Shown in pieces: positions 53,341 to 64,000 of a DNA stretch of 64,000 nt (within the stretch, counting starts at the first letter, position 1; each line of letters begins with the position of its first letter). A model generated the notes under the pieces. It was not told the origin of the DNA. It saw only the letters and a program-made list of their open reading frames with translations, and did no database searches. The translations under genes and the position numbers were made by a program. Source of the DNA: Escherichia phage vB_EcoM_G29; the sequence record MK327940.1; one strand, written 5' to 3'.

Positions 53341-53370
53341 ATTATATACTATCTAAATCTTAAAGTAAAC
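53341..53370 (-). promoter_or_regulatory. early promoter (GTTTAC-N18-TATAAT) for rnh
   Basis: Minus-strand motif pair about 30 nt upstream of rnh ATG. Confidence 0.55.
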
Positions 53371-53373
53371 AGG

Positions 53374-53381
53374 TATAAATA
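53374..53381 (+). promoter_or_regulatory. late promoter TATAAATA for gene 34
   Basis: Exact TATAAATA 35 nt upstream of gene 34 ATG. Confidence 0.65.
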
Positions 53382-53415
53382 CTTATTATTGAAAACACAA
53401 TAGGAGCCCGGGAGA

Positions 53416-56400
53416 ATGGCCGAGATTAAAAGAAAGTTCAGAGCAGAAGATGGTCTGGACGCAGGTGGCGATAAAATAATCAACGTAGCTTTAGCTGACC
53501 GTACCGTAGGAACTGACGGTGTTAACGTTGATTACTTAATTCAAGAAAACACAGTTCAGCAATATGATCCAACTCGTGGATATTTAAAAGATTTTGTAAT
53601 CATTTATAATAATCGTTTTTGGGCAGCAACGGATAATATTCCAAAACCTGCTGGAAATTTTAATAGAATTCGTTGGAAAGCATTACGTACTGATGCCGTA
53701 TATACAACCGTATCATCTGGACCATATCAATTAAAATCCGGAGAAGCAATTTCAGTAGATACATCAGTTGGCAATGACATTGAGTTTACTTTACCACCTT
53801 CTCCGCTTGATGGAGAAACCGTAATAATTCAAGATATCGGTGGAAAACCTGGCATAAATCAGGTTAAAATAAATTCTTCAAATCAGAGTATTGTCAATTT
53901 TAGAGGTGAACAGGTACGTTCAGTTTTAATGACTCATCCAAAGTCACAGATGATATTCATTTTTAATAATCGTTTGTGGCAAATGTATGTTGCTGATTAT
54001 AGCAGAGAAGCTGCGATTGTTACTCCATCGACTGCGTATCAAGCACAATCTAATGATTTTATCGTACGTAGATTTACTTCTGCTGCACCAATTAATGTTA
54101 AACTTCCGAGATTTGCTAATCATGGCGATATTATTAATTTCGTTGATTTAGATAAACTGAATCCACTTTATCATACAATTGTTACTACATACGATGAAAC
54201 GACTTCAGTACAAGAAGTTGGAACTCATTCCATTGAAGGCCGTACATCGATTGACGGTTTCTTGATGTTTGACGATAATGAGAAATTGTGGAGATTGTTT
54301 GACGGGGATAGTAAAGCACGTTTACGCATTATAACAACTAATTCAAATATTCGTCCAAATGAAGAAGTCATGGTATTTGGCGCGAATAATGGAACAACCC
54401 AAACAATTGAACTTCAGCTTCCGACTGATATTTCTGTTGGTGATACTGTTAAAATTTCCATGAATTACATGAGAAAAGGACAAACAGTTAAAATCAAAGC
54501 TGCTGGTGAAGATAAAATTGCTTCTTCAGTTCAATTGCTGCAATTCCCAAAACGTTCAGAATATCCGCCTGAAGCTGAATGGGTAACAGTTCAAGAATTA
54601 GTTTTTAATGGTGAAACTAATTATGTACCAGTTTTGCAACTTGCTTATATAGAAGATTCTGATGGAAAATACTGGGTTGTACAGCAAAACGTTCCAACAG
54701 TTGAAAGAGTCGATTCTTTAAATAATTCTACTAGAGCAAGATTAGGCGTAATTGCTTTAGCTACACAAGCTCAAGCAAATGCTGATTTAGAAAATTCTCC
54801 ACAAAAAGAATTAGCAATTACTCCAGAAACGTTAGCTAATCGTACTGCTACTGAAACTCGCAGAGGTATTGCAAGAATAGCAACTACTGCTCAAGTAAAT
54901 CAGAACACCACATTCTCTTTTGCAGATGACCTTATCATCACTCCTAAAAAGCTGAATGAAAGAACTGCTACAGAAACTCGTAGAGGTGTTGCTGAAATTG
55001 CTACGCAGCAAGAAACTAATACAGGTACTGATGATACTACAATCATCACTCCTAAAAAGCTTCAAGCTCGTCAAGGTTCTGAATCATTATCTGGTATTGT
55101 AACTTTTGTATCTACCGCAGGAGCTACTCCAGCTTCTAGTCGTGAATTAAATGGTACGAATGTTTATAATAAAAACACTAATAATTTAGTTGTTTCACCT
55201 AAAGCTTTGGATCAGTATAAAGCTACTCCAACGCAACAAGGCGCAGTAATTTTAGCAGTTGAAAGTGAAGTAATTGCTGGACAAAGCCAAGAAGGATGGG
55301 CAAATGCGGTTGTAACGCCAGAAACGTTACATAAAAAGACATCAACTGATGGAAGAATTGGTTTAATTGAAATTGCTACGCAAAGTGAAGTTAATACAGG
55401 AACTGACTATACTCGTGCAGTCACTCCTAAAACTTTAAATGACCGTAGAGCAACTGAAAGTTTAAGTGGTATAGCTGAAATTGCTACGCAAGTTGAATTC
55501 GACGCAGGCGTCGACGATACTCGTATCTCTACACCATTAAAAATTAAAACCAGATTTAATAGTACTGATCGTACTTCTGTTGTTGCTCTATCTGGATTAG
55601 TTGAATCAGGAACTCTCTGGGACCATTATACCCTTAATATTCTTGAAGCAAATGAGACACAGCGTGGTACACTTCGTGTAGCTACACAAGTTGAAGCTGC
55701 TGCAGGAACATTAGATAATGTTTTAATAACTCCTAAAAAGCTTTTAGGTACTAAATCTACCGAATCGCAAGAAGGTGTTATTAAAGTTGCAACTCAGTCT
55801 GAAACTGTGACTGGAACGTCAGCAAATACTGCTGTATCTCCAAAAAATTTAAAATGGATTGTGCAGAGTGAACCAACTTGGGCAGCAACTACTCTGATAA
55901 GAGGGTTTGTTAAAACTTCTTCTGGTTCATTAACGTTTGTTGGTAATGATACGGTAGGTTCAACACAGCCATTAGAATCATATGAGAAAAATGGTTATGC
56001 AGTATCACCATATGAATTAAATCGCGTATTAGCAAATTATTTGCCGTTAAAAGCAAAAGCTGCTGACGCAAATTTATTAGATGGTCTAGATTCATCTCAG
56101 TTCATTCGTAGGGATATTGCCCAGACAGTTAATGGTTCACTAACCTTAACCAAACAAACGAACCTGAGTGCCCCTCTTGTATCATCTAGTACTGCTACGT
56201 TTGGTGGATCAGTTTCAGCAAATAGTACACTAACTATTTCTAATACTGGAACGGCAACTCAATTAATTTTTGAGAAAGGACCTCAAACTGGAACAAACCC
56301 GACTCAAACAATGACTGTAAAAGTGTGGGGAAATCAATTTAGTGGGGAGTCAGACACAACACGTTCTACTGTATTTGAAGTTAGTGATGAAACTTCTAGT

Positions 56401-57285
56401 CATTTTTATTCTCAGCGTAATAAAGCTGGTAATATAACATTTAATATCAACGGTACAGTAACACCGATAAATGTGAATGCTTCAGGAACATTGAATGCGA
56501 ATGGCGTTGCTACATTTGGTAATTCAGTCACTGCAACTGGTGAAATTATTTCTCGAAGCGCAAATGCTTTCCGTGCTATTAATGGAAATTATGGTTTCAT
56601 TATTCGTAATGACGGGTCAGTAACGAATTTTATGCTTACTGCATCAGGCAATCAAACTGGTGGATTTAATGGATTACGTCCATTGTCCATTAATAATCAA
56701 TCTGGGCAGGTCACAATTGGTGAAAGCTTGATCATTGCTAAAGGTGCTACTATAAATTCAGGTGGTTTAACTGTTAACTCGAGAATTCGTTCTCAAGGTG
56801 TTAAAACATCTGATTTATATACCCGTGCGCCGACATCTGATACTGTAGGATTCTGGTCAATCGATATTAATGATTCAGCCACTTATAACCAGTTCCCGGG
56901 TTATTTTAAAATGGTTGAAAAAACTAATGAAGTTACTGGACTTCCATACTTAGAACGTGGCGAAGAAGTTAAATCTCCTGGTACATTGACTCAGTTTGGT
57001 AACACACTTGATTCACTTTACCAAGATTGGATTACTTATCCAACGACTCCAGAAGCACGTACCACTCGCTGGACACGTACATGGCAAAAAACTAAAAACT
57101 CTTGGTCAAGTTTTGTTCAGGTATTTGATGGAGGTAACCCTCCTCAACCTTCGGATATAGGAGCAATTCCATCTGATAATGGAATAATAGGTAATCTTAC
57201 TATTCGTGATTTCTTACGAATTGGTAATGTTCGCATTATTCCTGACCCAGTGAATAAAACTGTTAAATTTGAATGGGTTGAATAA
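53416..57285 (+). CDS. 34: long tail fibre proximal subunit gp34 (1289 aa)
   Basis: 1289-aa ORF equal to T4 gp34; internal repeated TPKKL...ATQ modules; late promoter upstream. Confidence 0.95.
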   Translation: MAEIKRKFRAEDGLDAGGDKIINVALADRTVGTDGVNVDYLIQENTVQQYDPTRGYLKDFVIIYNNRFWAATDNIPKPAGNFNRIRWKALRTDAVYTTVSSGPYQLKSGEAISVDTSVGNDIEFTLPPSPLDGETVIIQDIGGKPGINQVKINSSNQSIVNFRGEQVRSVLMTHPKSQMIFIFNNRLWQMYVADYSREAAIVTPSTAYQAQSNDFIVRRFTSAAPINVKLPRFANHGDIINFVDLDKLNPLYHTIVTTYDETTSVQEVGTHSIEGRTSIDGFLMFDDNEKLWRLFDGDSKARLRIITTNSNIRPNEEVMVFGANNGTTQTIELQLPTDISVGDTVKISMNYMRKGQTVKIKAAGEDKIASSVQLLQFPKRSEYPPEAEWVTVQELVFNGETNYVPVLQLAYIEDSDGKYWVVQQNVPTVERVDSLNNSTRARLGVIALATQAQANADLENSPQKELAITPETLANRTATETRRGIARIATTAQVNQNTTFSFADDLIITPKKLNERTATETRRGVAEIATQQETNTGTDDTTIITPKKLQARQGSESLSGIVTFVSTAGATPASSRELNGTNVYNKNTNNLVVSPKALDQYKATPTQQGAVILAVESEVIAGQSQEGWANAVVTPETLHKKTSTDGRIGLIEIATQSEVNTGTDYTRAVTPKTLNDRRATESLSGIAEIATQVEFDAGVDDTRISTPLKIKTRFNSTDRTSVVALSGLVESGTLWDHYTLNILEANETQRGTLRVATQVEAAAGTLDNVLITPKKLLGTKSTESQEGVIKVATQSETVTGTSANTAVSPKNLKWIVQSEPTWAATTLIRGFVKTSSGSLTFVGNDTVGSTQPLESYEKNGYAVSPYELNRVLANYLPLKAKAADANLLDGLDSSQFIRRDIAQTVNGSLTLTKQTNLSAPLVSSSTATFGGSVSANSTLTISNTGTATQLIFEKGPQTGTNPTQTMTVKVWGNQFSGESDTTRSTVFEVSDETSSHFYSQRNKAGNITFNINGTVTPINVNASGTLNANGVATFGNSVTATGEIISRSANAFRAINGNYGFIIRNDGSVTNFMLTASGNQTGGFNGLRPLSINNQSGQVTIGESLIIAKGATINSGGLTVNSRIRSQGVKTSDLYTRAPTSDTVGFWSIDINDSATYNQFPGYFKMVEKTNEVTGLPYLERGEEVKSPGTLTQFGNTLDSLYQDWITYPTTPEARTTRWTRTWQKTKNSWSSFVQVFDGGNPPQPSDIGAIPSDNGIIGNLTIRDFLRIGNVRIIPDPVNKTVKFEWVE

Positions 57286-57293
57286 GAGGTATT

Positions 57294-58409
57294 ATGGAAA
57301 AATTTATGGCAGAGTTTGGACAAGGATATGTCCAAACGCCATTTTTATCGGAAAGCAATTCAGTAAGATATAAAATAAGCATAGCGGGCTCTTGCCCGCT
57401 TTCTACTGCAGGGCCATATGTTAAATTTCAGGATAATCCCGTTGGAAATCAAACATTTAGTGCAGGTCTTCATTTAAGAGTTTTTGACCCTTCTACGGGA
57501 GCATTAGTTGATAGTAAGTCATATGCTTTTTCTGCTTCAAACAATACAACATCTGCCGCTTTTGTCAGTTTCATGAATTCTTTGTCAAACAATAGACTTG
57601 TTGCTATATTAACTAGCGGAAAGGTTAATTTTCCTCCTGAAGTGGTATCTTGGTTAAGGGGAGCAGGAACTTCAGTTTTTCCATCAGATTCAGTATTGTC
57701 AAGATTTGACGTATCATATGCTGCTTTTTATACTTCTTCTAAAAGAGCTATTGCATTAGAGCATGTTAAACTAAGTAATAGAAAAAGCACAGATGATTAT
57801 CAAACTATTTTAGATGTTGTATTTGATAGTTTAGAAGACGTCGGAGCGACAGGATTTCCAAAAAGAACTTATGAAAGTGTCGAGCAATTCATGTCAGCAG
57901 TTGGTGGAACTAATAACGAAATTGCGCGATTGCCAACTTCAGCTGCTATAAGTAAACTTTCTGACTATAATTTAATTCCTGGTGATGTTCTTTATCTTAA
58001 AGCACAGTTATATGCTGATGCTGATTTACTTGATCTTGGAACTACAAACATATCCATTCGTTTTTATGATGCATCAAATGGATATATTTCCTCTACCCAA
58101 GCTGAGTTTACTGGGCAAGCTGGGTCATGGGAATTAAAGGAAGATTATGTAGTTGTTCCTGAAAATGCAGTCGGATTTACTATATATGCGCAGAGAACTG
58201 CTCAAGCTGGTCAAGGCGGAATGAGGAATTTAAGCTTTTCTGAAGTATCAAGAAATGGCGGCATTTCAAAACCTGCCGAATTTGGCGTCAACGGTATTCG
58301 CGTTAATTATGTCTGTGAATCGGCTTCACCTCCAGATATAATGGTACTTCCTACACAAGCCTCTTCTAAAACTGGCAAAGTGTTTGGACAGGAATTTAGA
58401 GAAGTTTAA
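57294..58409 (+). CDS. 35: long tail fibre hinge protein gp35 (371 aa)
   Basis: 371-aa ORF, T4 gp35 position and near-identical length. Confidence 0.9.
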   Translation: MEKFMAEFGQGYVQTPFLSESNSVRYKISIAGSCPLSTAGPYVKFQDNPVGNQTFSAGLHLRVFDPSTGALVDSKSYAFSASNNTTSAAFVSFMNSLSNNRLVAILTSGKVNFPPEVVSWLRGAGTSVFPSDSVLSRFDVSYAAFYTSSKRAIALEHVKLSNRKSTDDYQTILDVVFDSLEDVGATGFPKRTYESVEQFMSAVGGTNNEIARLPTSAAISKLSDYNLIPGDVLYLKAQLYADADLLDLGTTNISIRFYDASNGYISSTQAEFTGQAGSWELKEDYVVVPENAVGFTIYAQRTAQAGQGGMRNLSFSEVSRNGGISKPAEFGVNGIRVNYVCESASPPDIMVLPTQASSKTGKVFGQEFREV

Positions 58410-58414
58410 ACTGA

Positions 58415-58438
58415 GGGAGCCTTCGGGTTCCCTTTTTC
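58415..58438 (+). terminator. intrinsic terminator after gene 35
   Basis: gggagcc-ttcg-ggttccc followed by tttttc. Confidence 0.7.
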
Positions 58439-58440
58439 TT

Positions 58441-58448
58441 TATAAATA
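58441..58448 (+). promoter_or_regulatory. late promoter TATAAATA for genes 36-37
   Basis: Exact TATAAATA 24 nt upstream of gene 36 ATG, after terminator hairpin. Confidence 0.65.
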
Positions 58449-58471
58449 ATATTAAAATAAAGGGGCATATA

Positions 58472-59122
58472 ATGGCTGATTTAAAAGTAGGTTCAACTGT
58501 AGGTGGATCTGTCATTTGGCATCAAGGAAATTTTCCATTGAATTCAGCCGGTGACGATGTACTCTACAAATCATTTAAAATATATTCAGAATATAATAAA
58601 CCACAGGCAGCTGATAACGATTTCGTTTCTAAAGCTAATGGTGGTACTTACACCGGTCCAATTACTATTAATTACGGGGTAAATAGTTATCTTCAATTAA
58701 GTAATAATGAAACCCCCATTCGAATTCGTTCTGGTGGCGGTACCGGTAATACTCTTGTAGTTGGCGGCTCTTCCGGCGGTATTAGTTTTAGACCTGCAGG
58801 TAGTGAAATCACTACTGGACAAATTACTATTACACCAGAAGGTTTGACAACATTTACCAGGGCTGTAACGGCTCCATCGGTAACTGTTACATCTACTCCT
58901 TCCGCAGCATCTGATGTTACTCGCAAAGATTATGTTGATGGAGCAATAAATACTGTTACAGCAAATGCAAACTCTAGGGTATTACGCTCTGGAGACACTA
59001 TGACAGGAAATTTAACTGCGCCAAACCTTTTTTCACAGAATCCTGCATCTCAACCTTCACACGTTCCACGATTTGACCAAATCGTAATTAAGGATTCTGT
59101 TCAAGATTTCGGCTATTATTAA
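58472..59122 (+). CDS. 36: long tail fibre distal connector gp36 (216 aa)
   Basis: 216-aa ORF following a terminator and late promoter; T4 order 34-35-36-37. Confidence 0.9.
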   Translation: MADLKVGSTVGGSVIWHQGNFPLNSAGDDVLYKSFKIYSEYNKPQAADNDFVSKANGGTYTGPITINYGVNSYLQLSNNETPIRIRSGGGTGNTLVVGGSSGGISFRPAGSEITTGQITITPEGLTTFTRAVTAPSVTVTSTPSAASDVTRKDYVDGAINTVTANANSRVLRSGDTMTGNLTAPNLFSQNPASQPSHVPRFDQIVIKDSVQDFGYY

Positions 59123-59130
59123 GAGGACTT

Positions 59131-62097
59131 ATGGCTACTTTAAAACAAATACAATTTAAAAGAAGCAAAACTGCAGGTCAACGTCCTGCAGCTTCAGTAT
59201 TAGCCGAAGGTGAATTGGCTATAAACTTAAAAGATAAAACAATTTTCACAAAAGATGACTCAGGTAGTGTTATAGAATTAGGTTTAAAATATGGAGGAAC
59301 TATAAATGGATCTTTAGAGGTTACAGAAAATATAACTGGAACTTTAATTGGAAATTCTAGTACAGCTACTAAATTGCAAACACCTAGGAAAATTAATGGT
59401 ATATCTTTTGATGGATCAAAGGACATTACACTAACTCCATCTGATATAAATGTAAATAGTACAACGTTTATAAAAAATAACGGCGAATTACCTGTTGATG
59501 CTAATTTAGATGAGTATGGGCCTGTTGAAGAATATCTTGGAGTTTGGTCGAAAGCAACTTCAACCAACGCTCAACCAGCAAATAAATTTCCAGAAGAAAA
59601 TGCTGTAGGTGTTCTAGAAGTATTTGTGGCCGGTCAATTTGCTGGTACTCAGAGATATACAACTAGATACGGAAATGTTTATATTCGTTCCTTGACTGCT
59701 ACATGGAACGGAGTAAACGGTCCGTGGAGTGCGTGGCGAAATATTCAATCTGGTACTCGTCCACTGTCAACAACGATTGATCTTAATGATCTAGGAGGCG
59801 CTGAACACCTTGGTTTGTGGCGAAATAGTTCAAATTCCATTGCTACCTTTGACAGAAATTTCCCAGAAGAAGGATCGTCCGCTCAAGGACTTTTAGAAGT
59901 ATATGAAGGTGGAAACTATTCTCGCACACAGAGATATACGACCAGATTTGGTGTTGTTTATACTCGTTGTCTTGCTGCTGCGTGGGATGCTTCTGCGCCT
60001 AAATGGGGACCTTGGCAACAAGTCGGTAATGTCACACCGGCGACTTTCTATGACGGAGATCTGAATGATTTTAAAACTCCTGGGTTATATAATATTTTAG
60101 GCACTGATGCCGTTATTAACTGTCCTACCGGTGAAGGTTTGCCGACTGTTATTGTTGGTTTGCTGGAAGTTAAACAGCGTGCTTCTGGCGGTGCTATTTT
60201 CCAAAAATTTACTACTGCCGGAACGGGTGCAACTACTCGCGATCGTATTTTTGAGCGTGCATATACTGGTGGTGTGTGGGGTGCATGGAACGAAGTATAT
60301 ACATCTTATTCTCTGCCAATTACTTTGGGTATGGGTGGTATTAAAACTCAATTAGCGGAGCTAGACTGGCAAACCTTTGATTTTGTTCCTGGTAGTATGT
60401 TTAGTGTTCCTTTGAACAAAATAAAGAACATGCCAGCAAATATGGATTGGGGTGCGATTGACGGAAACTTGGTTATGTTTTCTGTCGGTCCTAGCGAACA
60501 CACTAGCACAGGGCGTACTGTTCAGGTTTGGCGTGGTACTGTATCCCAGACAAACTACCGTTATTTTGTCGTTCGTGTGTTCGGTAATTCTGGAAATAGA
60601 ACTTGCACAGTTCGCCGTGTTGTTCTTGAAGACGGATCACATACTTGGACTGCTAAACAAGATTTTAATGGCGCAGTTAATTTTAACTCTACTGTTAACC
60701 TTAATAACACTACCACATTTAAAACAGAAGTTAAATTTCGCGCATTGAATGCGTTCCGCCTGTATGGCGGAAAATTTGGTACATTTTTCCGTAATGATGG
60801 AGAGAGTCTTTATATTCTTTCCACCGACGAAGATGATCAAGATGGAAACTTTAACACAAATAGACCTTTCCGTTATGAATTAAGAACTGGTGATGTTACT
60901 TTGGGTGGTATTAGTGGTGCTAACGTTTTAAAATTAAAACGTGATTCTCTCACCGCATTTTTTGGTGGTGATATTAACATGAAAGGCTTGATGACTTTTG
61001 ACGCCGGACGTTTAGGATCACGAGATTATTTTAAATTTAACCATTGGGGTGATAGCAATAACGCTCGTGATAACATTATTCAGTTAGAAGATAGCAAAGG
61101 CGTTCATTTTTCCACTGAACGTACTTTAGCGACTGGTGCAATTAAGACTAAATTTTTTGGTGAAGTTGAATCCGAAGGTAGATTGATTATTAAACGTCCG
61201 GGTGATTCTATTGTATTATCAACAACTGCTAGTAATTCTTTGCATATTCGCGGTGATATAGACGGGACTGGTAACTGGTATATTGGTAAAGGTGGTGCTG
61301 ATAATGGATTAGCGTTCTATAGTTATGCTACTAATGCTGGTGTATACATTACAAACGCAGGAGATATCTCGCTAAGTCCAAAGGGTGCCGAAATGGCTCA
61401 GGTCAATAACGTTCGATTATATGTTCATGGTGAACGTTGGACTGCTAGTCAACCAGGTGATTGGGGTAGTCAGTGGCAAGTGGAAGCGCCAATATTCGTC
61501 GATCATGGTTATGTTGGACCAGATAGCTATTATCCAATTATTAAAGGAAGAAGTGTAATCACCAATCAAGGGTTTGTAACTGCCGTCGATCTTGGTATTC
61601 GTCGTGTCAATAACAATTGGGGACAAGCAATTATTCGTGTTGGATCTGCGGAGGCATCGCCAGCGGCTGGACACCCTAACGCGATATTTGAATTTCATTA
61701 CGACGGTACTTTCTATTCTCCTGGTAATGGTAACTTTAACGATGTGTATATTCGTTCCGATGGTCGACTTAAGATCAATAAAGAAGAGTTAGAAAACGGA
61801 GCACTTGAAAAAGTATGCCGACTGAAAGTTTATACATACGATAAGGTTAAGTCTATTAAAGATCGTAGTGTTATTAAACGTGAAGTTGGTATTATTGCTC
61901 AGGATCTTGAAAAAGAATTATCAGAAGCTGTATCTAAAGTTGAAGTTGATGGATCTGATGTTCTGACAATTTCTAACTCCGCTGTAAATGCTCTTTTAAT
62001 TAAGGCTATCCAAGAAATGAGCGAAGAAATTAAAGAATTAAAAACGCCTTTCTTCACTAAAATTGCTCGCAAAATTAGTAATTATTTTAAATTCTAA
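59131..62097 (+). CDS. 37: long tail fibre distal subunit gp37 (988 aa) with C-terminal intramolecular chaperone-like domain
   Basis: N-terminus shared with gp34/gp36 fibre motifs; C-terminal 112 aa after IRS|DGRLK has the hallmark of auto-cleaving chaperone domains. Confidence 0.9.
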   Translation: MATLKQIQFKRSKTAGQRPAASVLAEGELAINLKDKTIFTKDDSGSVIELGLKYGGTINGSLEVTENITGTLIGNSSTATKLQTPRKINGISFDGSKDITLTPSDINVNSTTFIKNNGELPVDANLDEYGPVEEYLGVWSKATSTNAQPANKFPEENAVGVLEVFVAGQFAGTQRYTTRYGNVYIRSLTATWNGVNGPWSAWRNIQSGTRPLSTTIDLNDLGGAEHLGLWRNSSNSIATFDRNFPEEGSSAQGLLEVYEGGNYSRTQRYTTRFGVVYTRCLAAAWDASAPKWGPWQQVGNVTPATFYDGDLNDFKTPGLYNILGTDAVINCPTGEGLPTVIVGLLEVKQRASGGAIFQKFTTAGTGATTRDRIFERAYTGGVWGAWNEVYTSYSLPITLGMGGIKTQLAELDWQTFDFVPGSMFSVPLNKIKNMPANMDWGAIDGNLVMFSVGPSEHTSTGRTVQVWRGTVSQTNYRYFVVRVFGNSGNRTCTVRRVVLEDGSHTWTAKQDFNGAVNFNSTVNLNNTTTFKTEVKFRALNAFRLYGGKFGTFFRNDGESLYILSTDEDDQDGNFNTNRPFRYELRTGDVTLGGISGANVLKLKRDSLTAFFGGDINMKGLMTFDAGRLGSRDYFKFNHWGDSNNARDNIIQLEDSKGVHFSTERTLATGAIKTKFFGEVESEGRLIIKRPGDSIVLSTTASNSLHIRGDIDGTGNWYIGKGGADNGLAFYSYATNAGVYITNAGDISLSPKGAEMAQVNNVRLYVHGERWTASQPGDWGSQWQVEAPIFVDHGYVGPDSYYPIIKGRSVITNQGFVTAVDLGIRRVNNNWGQAIIRVGSAEASPAAGHPNAIFEFHYDGTFYSPGNGNFNDVYIRSDGRLKINKEELENGALEKVCRLKVYTYDKVKSIKDRSVIKREVGIIAQDLEKELSEAVSKVEVDGSDVLTISNSAVNALLIKAIQEMSEEIKELKTPFFTKIARKISNYFKF

Positions 62098-62102
62098 CAA
62101 CA

Positions 62103-62120
62103 AGGGGCTTTGCCCCTTTG
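62103..62120 (+). other. hairpin between genes 37 and 38
   Basis: aggggc-tttg-cccctt directly before the gene 38 RBS. Confidence 0.45.
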
Positions 62121-62129
62121 GAGAAAATT

Positions 62130-62930
62130 ATGGCAGTAGTTGGTGTTCCCGGTTGGATTGGAAGTTCATCCGTAAATGAAACAGGACAACGATGGATGAG
62201 TCAAGCAGCTGGTCAATTAAGATTGGGTGTTCCTTGCTGGATGAGCCAATTCGCCGGACGCTCAAGAGAGATTATTCATACTGTAAGTGCTAATCATAAT
62301 TTTAATGGTCAGTGGTTCCGTGATAGATGCTTTGAAGCTGGCGGTGCACCCATTGTATTCAATATTGTTGGTGATATCGTTTCTTATTCTAAAGATGTGC
62401 CACTTTTCTTTATGTATGGGGATACGCCTAATGAATATGTTGTTCTTAATATTCATGGTGGTGTTCATATGTGGGGTCGTGGTGGTAATGGTGGATACAC
62501 TCACTCAGGAGGCGACGGTAACGGTACACAAGGCGGTCATGTTATTCAAAATGATATCGGTGGACGGCTTCGTATTTGGAACTACGGTGTTATAGCTGCT
62601 GGTGGTGGCGGTGGTGGTGGTATTGCATATCGTCCACACTCAGGGGCAAACTGGCAAGATATCGGTGGCGGTGGTGGTCGACCTTTCGGTGGCGCTGGCG
62701 GCGGCGGTTATTCCGGTGGTGCTGCTTCGTATGAAGGTCCGGGTGGTGGTTATGACTATGGTAACGCACACTCCGGCGCTGGTGGTAATGCTGGTGCTTC
62801 TGGTCAGAATGCATGGTCTGACGGCGGTAAAGTTCTTAAAGTTGGTGTTGGTGGTGCGTCTGGTCATGCAGTGTTTGGATCTTCTCCAACTTGGGGTGCT
62901 GTTGGAACAATTTACGGACCAAGAGTATAA
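62130..62930 (+). CDS. 38: T2-type receptor-recognising adhesin gp38 (266 aa)
   Basis: Track start TTG 62118; ATG at 62130 with GGAG upstream; glycine-rich motifs (GGGGGGG, GGGGG, GGAGGGG) separated by variable segments. Confidence 0.85.
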   Translation: MAVVGVPGWIGSSSVNETGQRWMSQAAGQLRLGVPCWMSQFAGRSREIIHTVSANHNFNGQWFRDRCFEAGGAPIVFNIVGDIVSYSKDVPLFFMYGDTPNEYVVLNIHGGVHMWGRGGNGGYTHSGGDGNGTQGGHVIQNDIGGRLRIWNYGVIAAGGGGGGGIAYRPHSGANWQDIGGGGGRPFGGAGGGGYSGGAASYEGPGGGYDYGNAHSGAGGNAGASGQNAWSDGGKVLKVGVGGASGHAVFGSSPTWGAVGTIYGPRV

Positions 62931-62960
62931 TTTGAATAAATATCCTTAAAAGGAGGGTCT

Positions 62961-63617
62961 ATGGCAGCACCTAGAATATCATTTTCGCCCTCTGATATTC
63001 TGTTGGGTGTTCTAGATCGCTTGTTCAAAGATAATGCTACCGGGAAAGTTCTTGCTTCCCGGGTAGCTGTCGTAATTCTTTTGTTTATAATGGCGATTGT
63101 TTGGTATAGGGGAGATAGTTTCTTTGAGTACTATAAGCAATCAAAGTATGAAACATATAGTGAAATTATTGAAAAGGAAAGAAATGCACGCTTTGAATCT
63201 GTCGCCCTGGAACAACTCCAGATAGTTCACATATCATCTGAGGCAGACTTTAGTGCGGTGTATTCTTTCCGCCCTAAAAACTTAAACTATTTTGTTGATA
63301 TTATAGCATATGAAGGAAAATTACCTTCAACAATAAGTGAAAAATCACTTGGAGGATATCCTGTTGATAAAACTATGGATGAATATACAGTTCATTTAAA
63401 TGGACGTCATTATTATTCCAACTCAAAATTTGCTTTTTTACCAACTAAAAAGCCTACTCCCGAAATAAACTACATGTACAGTTGTCCATATTTTAATTTG
63501 GATAATATCTATGCTGGAACAATAACTATGTACTGGTATAGAAATGATCATATAAGTAATGACCGCCTTGAATCAATATGTGCTCAGGCGGCCAGAATAT
63601 TAGGAAGGGCTAAATAA
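62961..63617 (+). CDS. t: holin T (218 aa)
   Basis: 218-aa ORF with single N-terminal TM segment and large periplasmic domain; T4 t length and position. Confidence 0.95.
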   Translation: MAAPRISFSPSDILLGVLDRLFKDNATGKVLASRVAVVILLFIMAIVWYRGDSFFEYYKQSKYETYSEIIEKERNARFESVALEQLQIVHISSEADFSAVYSFRPKNLNYFVDIIAYEGKLPSTISEKSLGGYPVDKTMDEYTVHLNGRHYYSNSKFAFLPTKKPTPEINYMYSCPYFNLDNIYAGTITMYWYRNDHISNDRLESICAQAARILGRAK

Positions 63618-63890
63618 TTATTTGTTCGTATACATCTCTAGATATCGATATACACTCTCAAACCCCTCGTTGAATTCGTCGATGAGGGTTTTCTTATCTT
63701 CTTGGGTTAATTCAGAAACAATTTTACGGAATAAATTCTGATTTAATTTTCTACCTTCATGCGTTACTCCAATCTCATTCAGAAATGCAATAAAATTAGC
63801 ACGATTTTCAACAATATCTTCTCTGGAAAATTTAATCAAAATAGATGCAACAGTAATAATTTCACGAACTGTATCAATGTTTTTATTCAT
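63618..63890 (-). CDS. asiA: anti-sigma-70 factor AsiA (90 aa)
   Basis: 90-aa ORF, T4 AsiA length, convergent with t; early promoter upstream. Confidence 0.9.
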   Translation of the reverse strand: MNKNIDTVREIITVASILIKFSREDIVENRANFIAFLNEIGVTHEGRKLNQNLFRKIVSELTQEDKKTLIDEFNEGFESVYRYLEMYTNK

Positions 63891-63902
63891 TAACTATACC
63901 AC

Positions 63903-64000
63903 TCAATTAGTTGACTTTGTTATAATATCATCAGACACTTGATTTGTAAACTGGTCTGTGTTATTTTCTTCAAAAATTTTTTCTACGAATTCCTTGAACG
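63903..64000 (-). CDS. 3' end of an upstream early ORF (5' end outside window; possibly arn by T4 gene order)
   Basis: Open frame on minus strand running off the window edge, stop at 63903-63905. Confidence 0.4.
   Translation of the reverse strand, partial: FKEFVEKIFEENNTDQFTNQVSDDIITKSTN
63922..63951 (-). promoter_or_regulatory. early promoter (GTTTAC-N18-TATTAT) for asiA
   Basis: Minus-strand motif pair about 30 nt upstream of asiA ATG. Confidence 0.5.

Noticed and set aside
62560-62720. Short tandem GGT/GGC repeats as possible CRISPR or simple-sequence repeat
   Set aside because: They are in-frame glycine codons of the gp38 glycine-rich motifs; no spacer-repeat periodicity
62590-62867. 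His/Arg-rich and Thr-rich ORFs on the minus strand (74 and 75 aa) and plus-strand ORFs 62287-62595 and 62602-62949
   Set aside because: All overlap gene 38 in other frames or antisense; they are reading-frame artefacts of the GGT-rich glycine-motif coding sequence
63911-63927. Plus-strand TTGACT ... TATAAT as a sigma-70 promoter
   Set aside because: Spacer is only 4 nt; the TATAAT-like sequence is better explained as the -10 of the minus-strand asiA early promoter

Overview
This window is a T-even (T4-like, Tequatrovirus-type) coliphage genome segment, about 95% coding, identified by recall of T4 protein sequences, gene lengths and gene order (no database search was possible). The plus strand carries late structural genes: the 3' part of terminase gene 17, tail sheath 18, tube 19, portal 20, prohead core 67/68/21/22, major capsid 23, vertex 24, uvsW, baseplate hub 51/27/28/29/48/54, long tail fibre 34-37, adhesin 38 and holin t. 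The minus strand carries early/middle genes: rnlB, hoc, inh, uvsY, baseplate 25/26, an alt cluster, DNA ligase 30 and the 30.x block, rIII, 31, cd, pseT, a spanin pair, alc, rnlA, denA, nrdB, nrdA, td, frd, 32, 59, 33, dsbA, rnh and asiA. Regulatory signals fit T4: late TATAAATA boxes, MotA-box middle promoters, GTTTAC-N17/18 early promoters and GC-stem tetraloop terminators. It is not T4 itself: td and nrdB are uninterrupted, no homing-endonuclease genes are present, gp38 is a T2-type glycine-rich adhesin and gp37 ends in an intramolecular chaperone-like domain. The most interesting points are two tandem full-length Alt ADP-ribosyltransferase paralogs near a NADAR-family ORF, hoc broken by an exact 55-bp tandem duplication, an apparent frameshift at a C5 run in the cd.3-equivalent ORF, an extra ORF between frd and td, and a 356-bp non-coding gap beside rIII. 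No tRNA, CRISPR array or mobile element was found.
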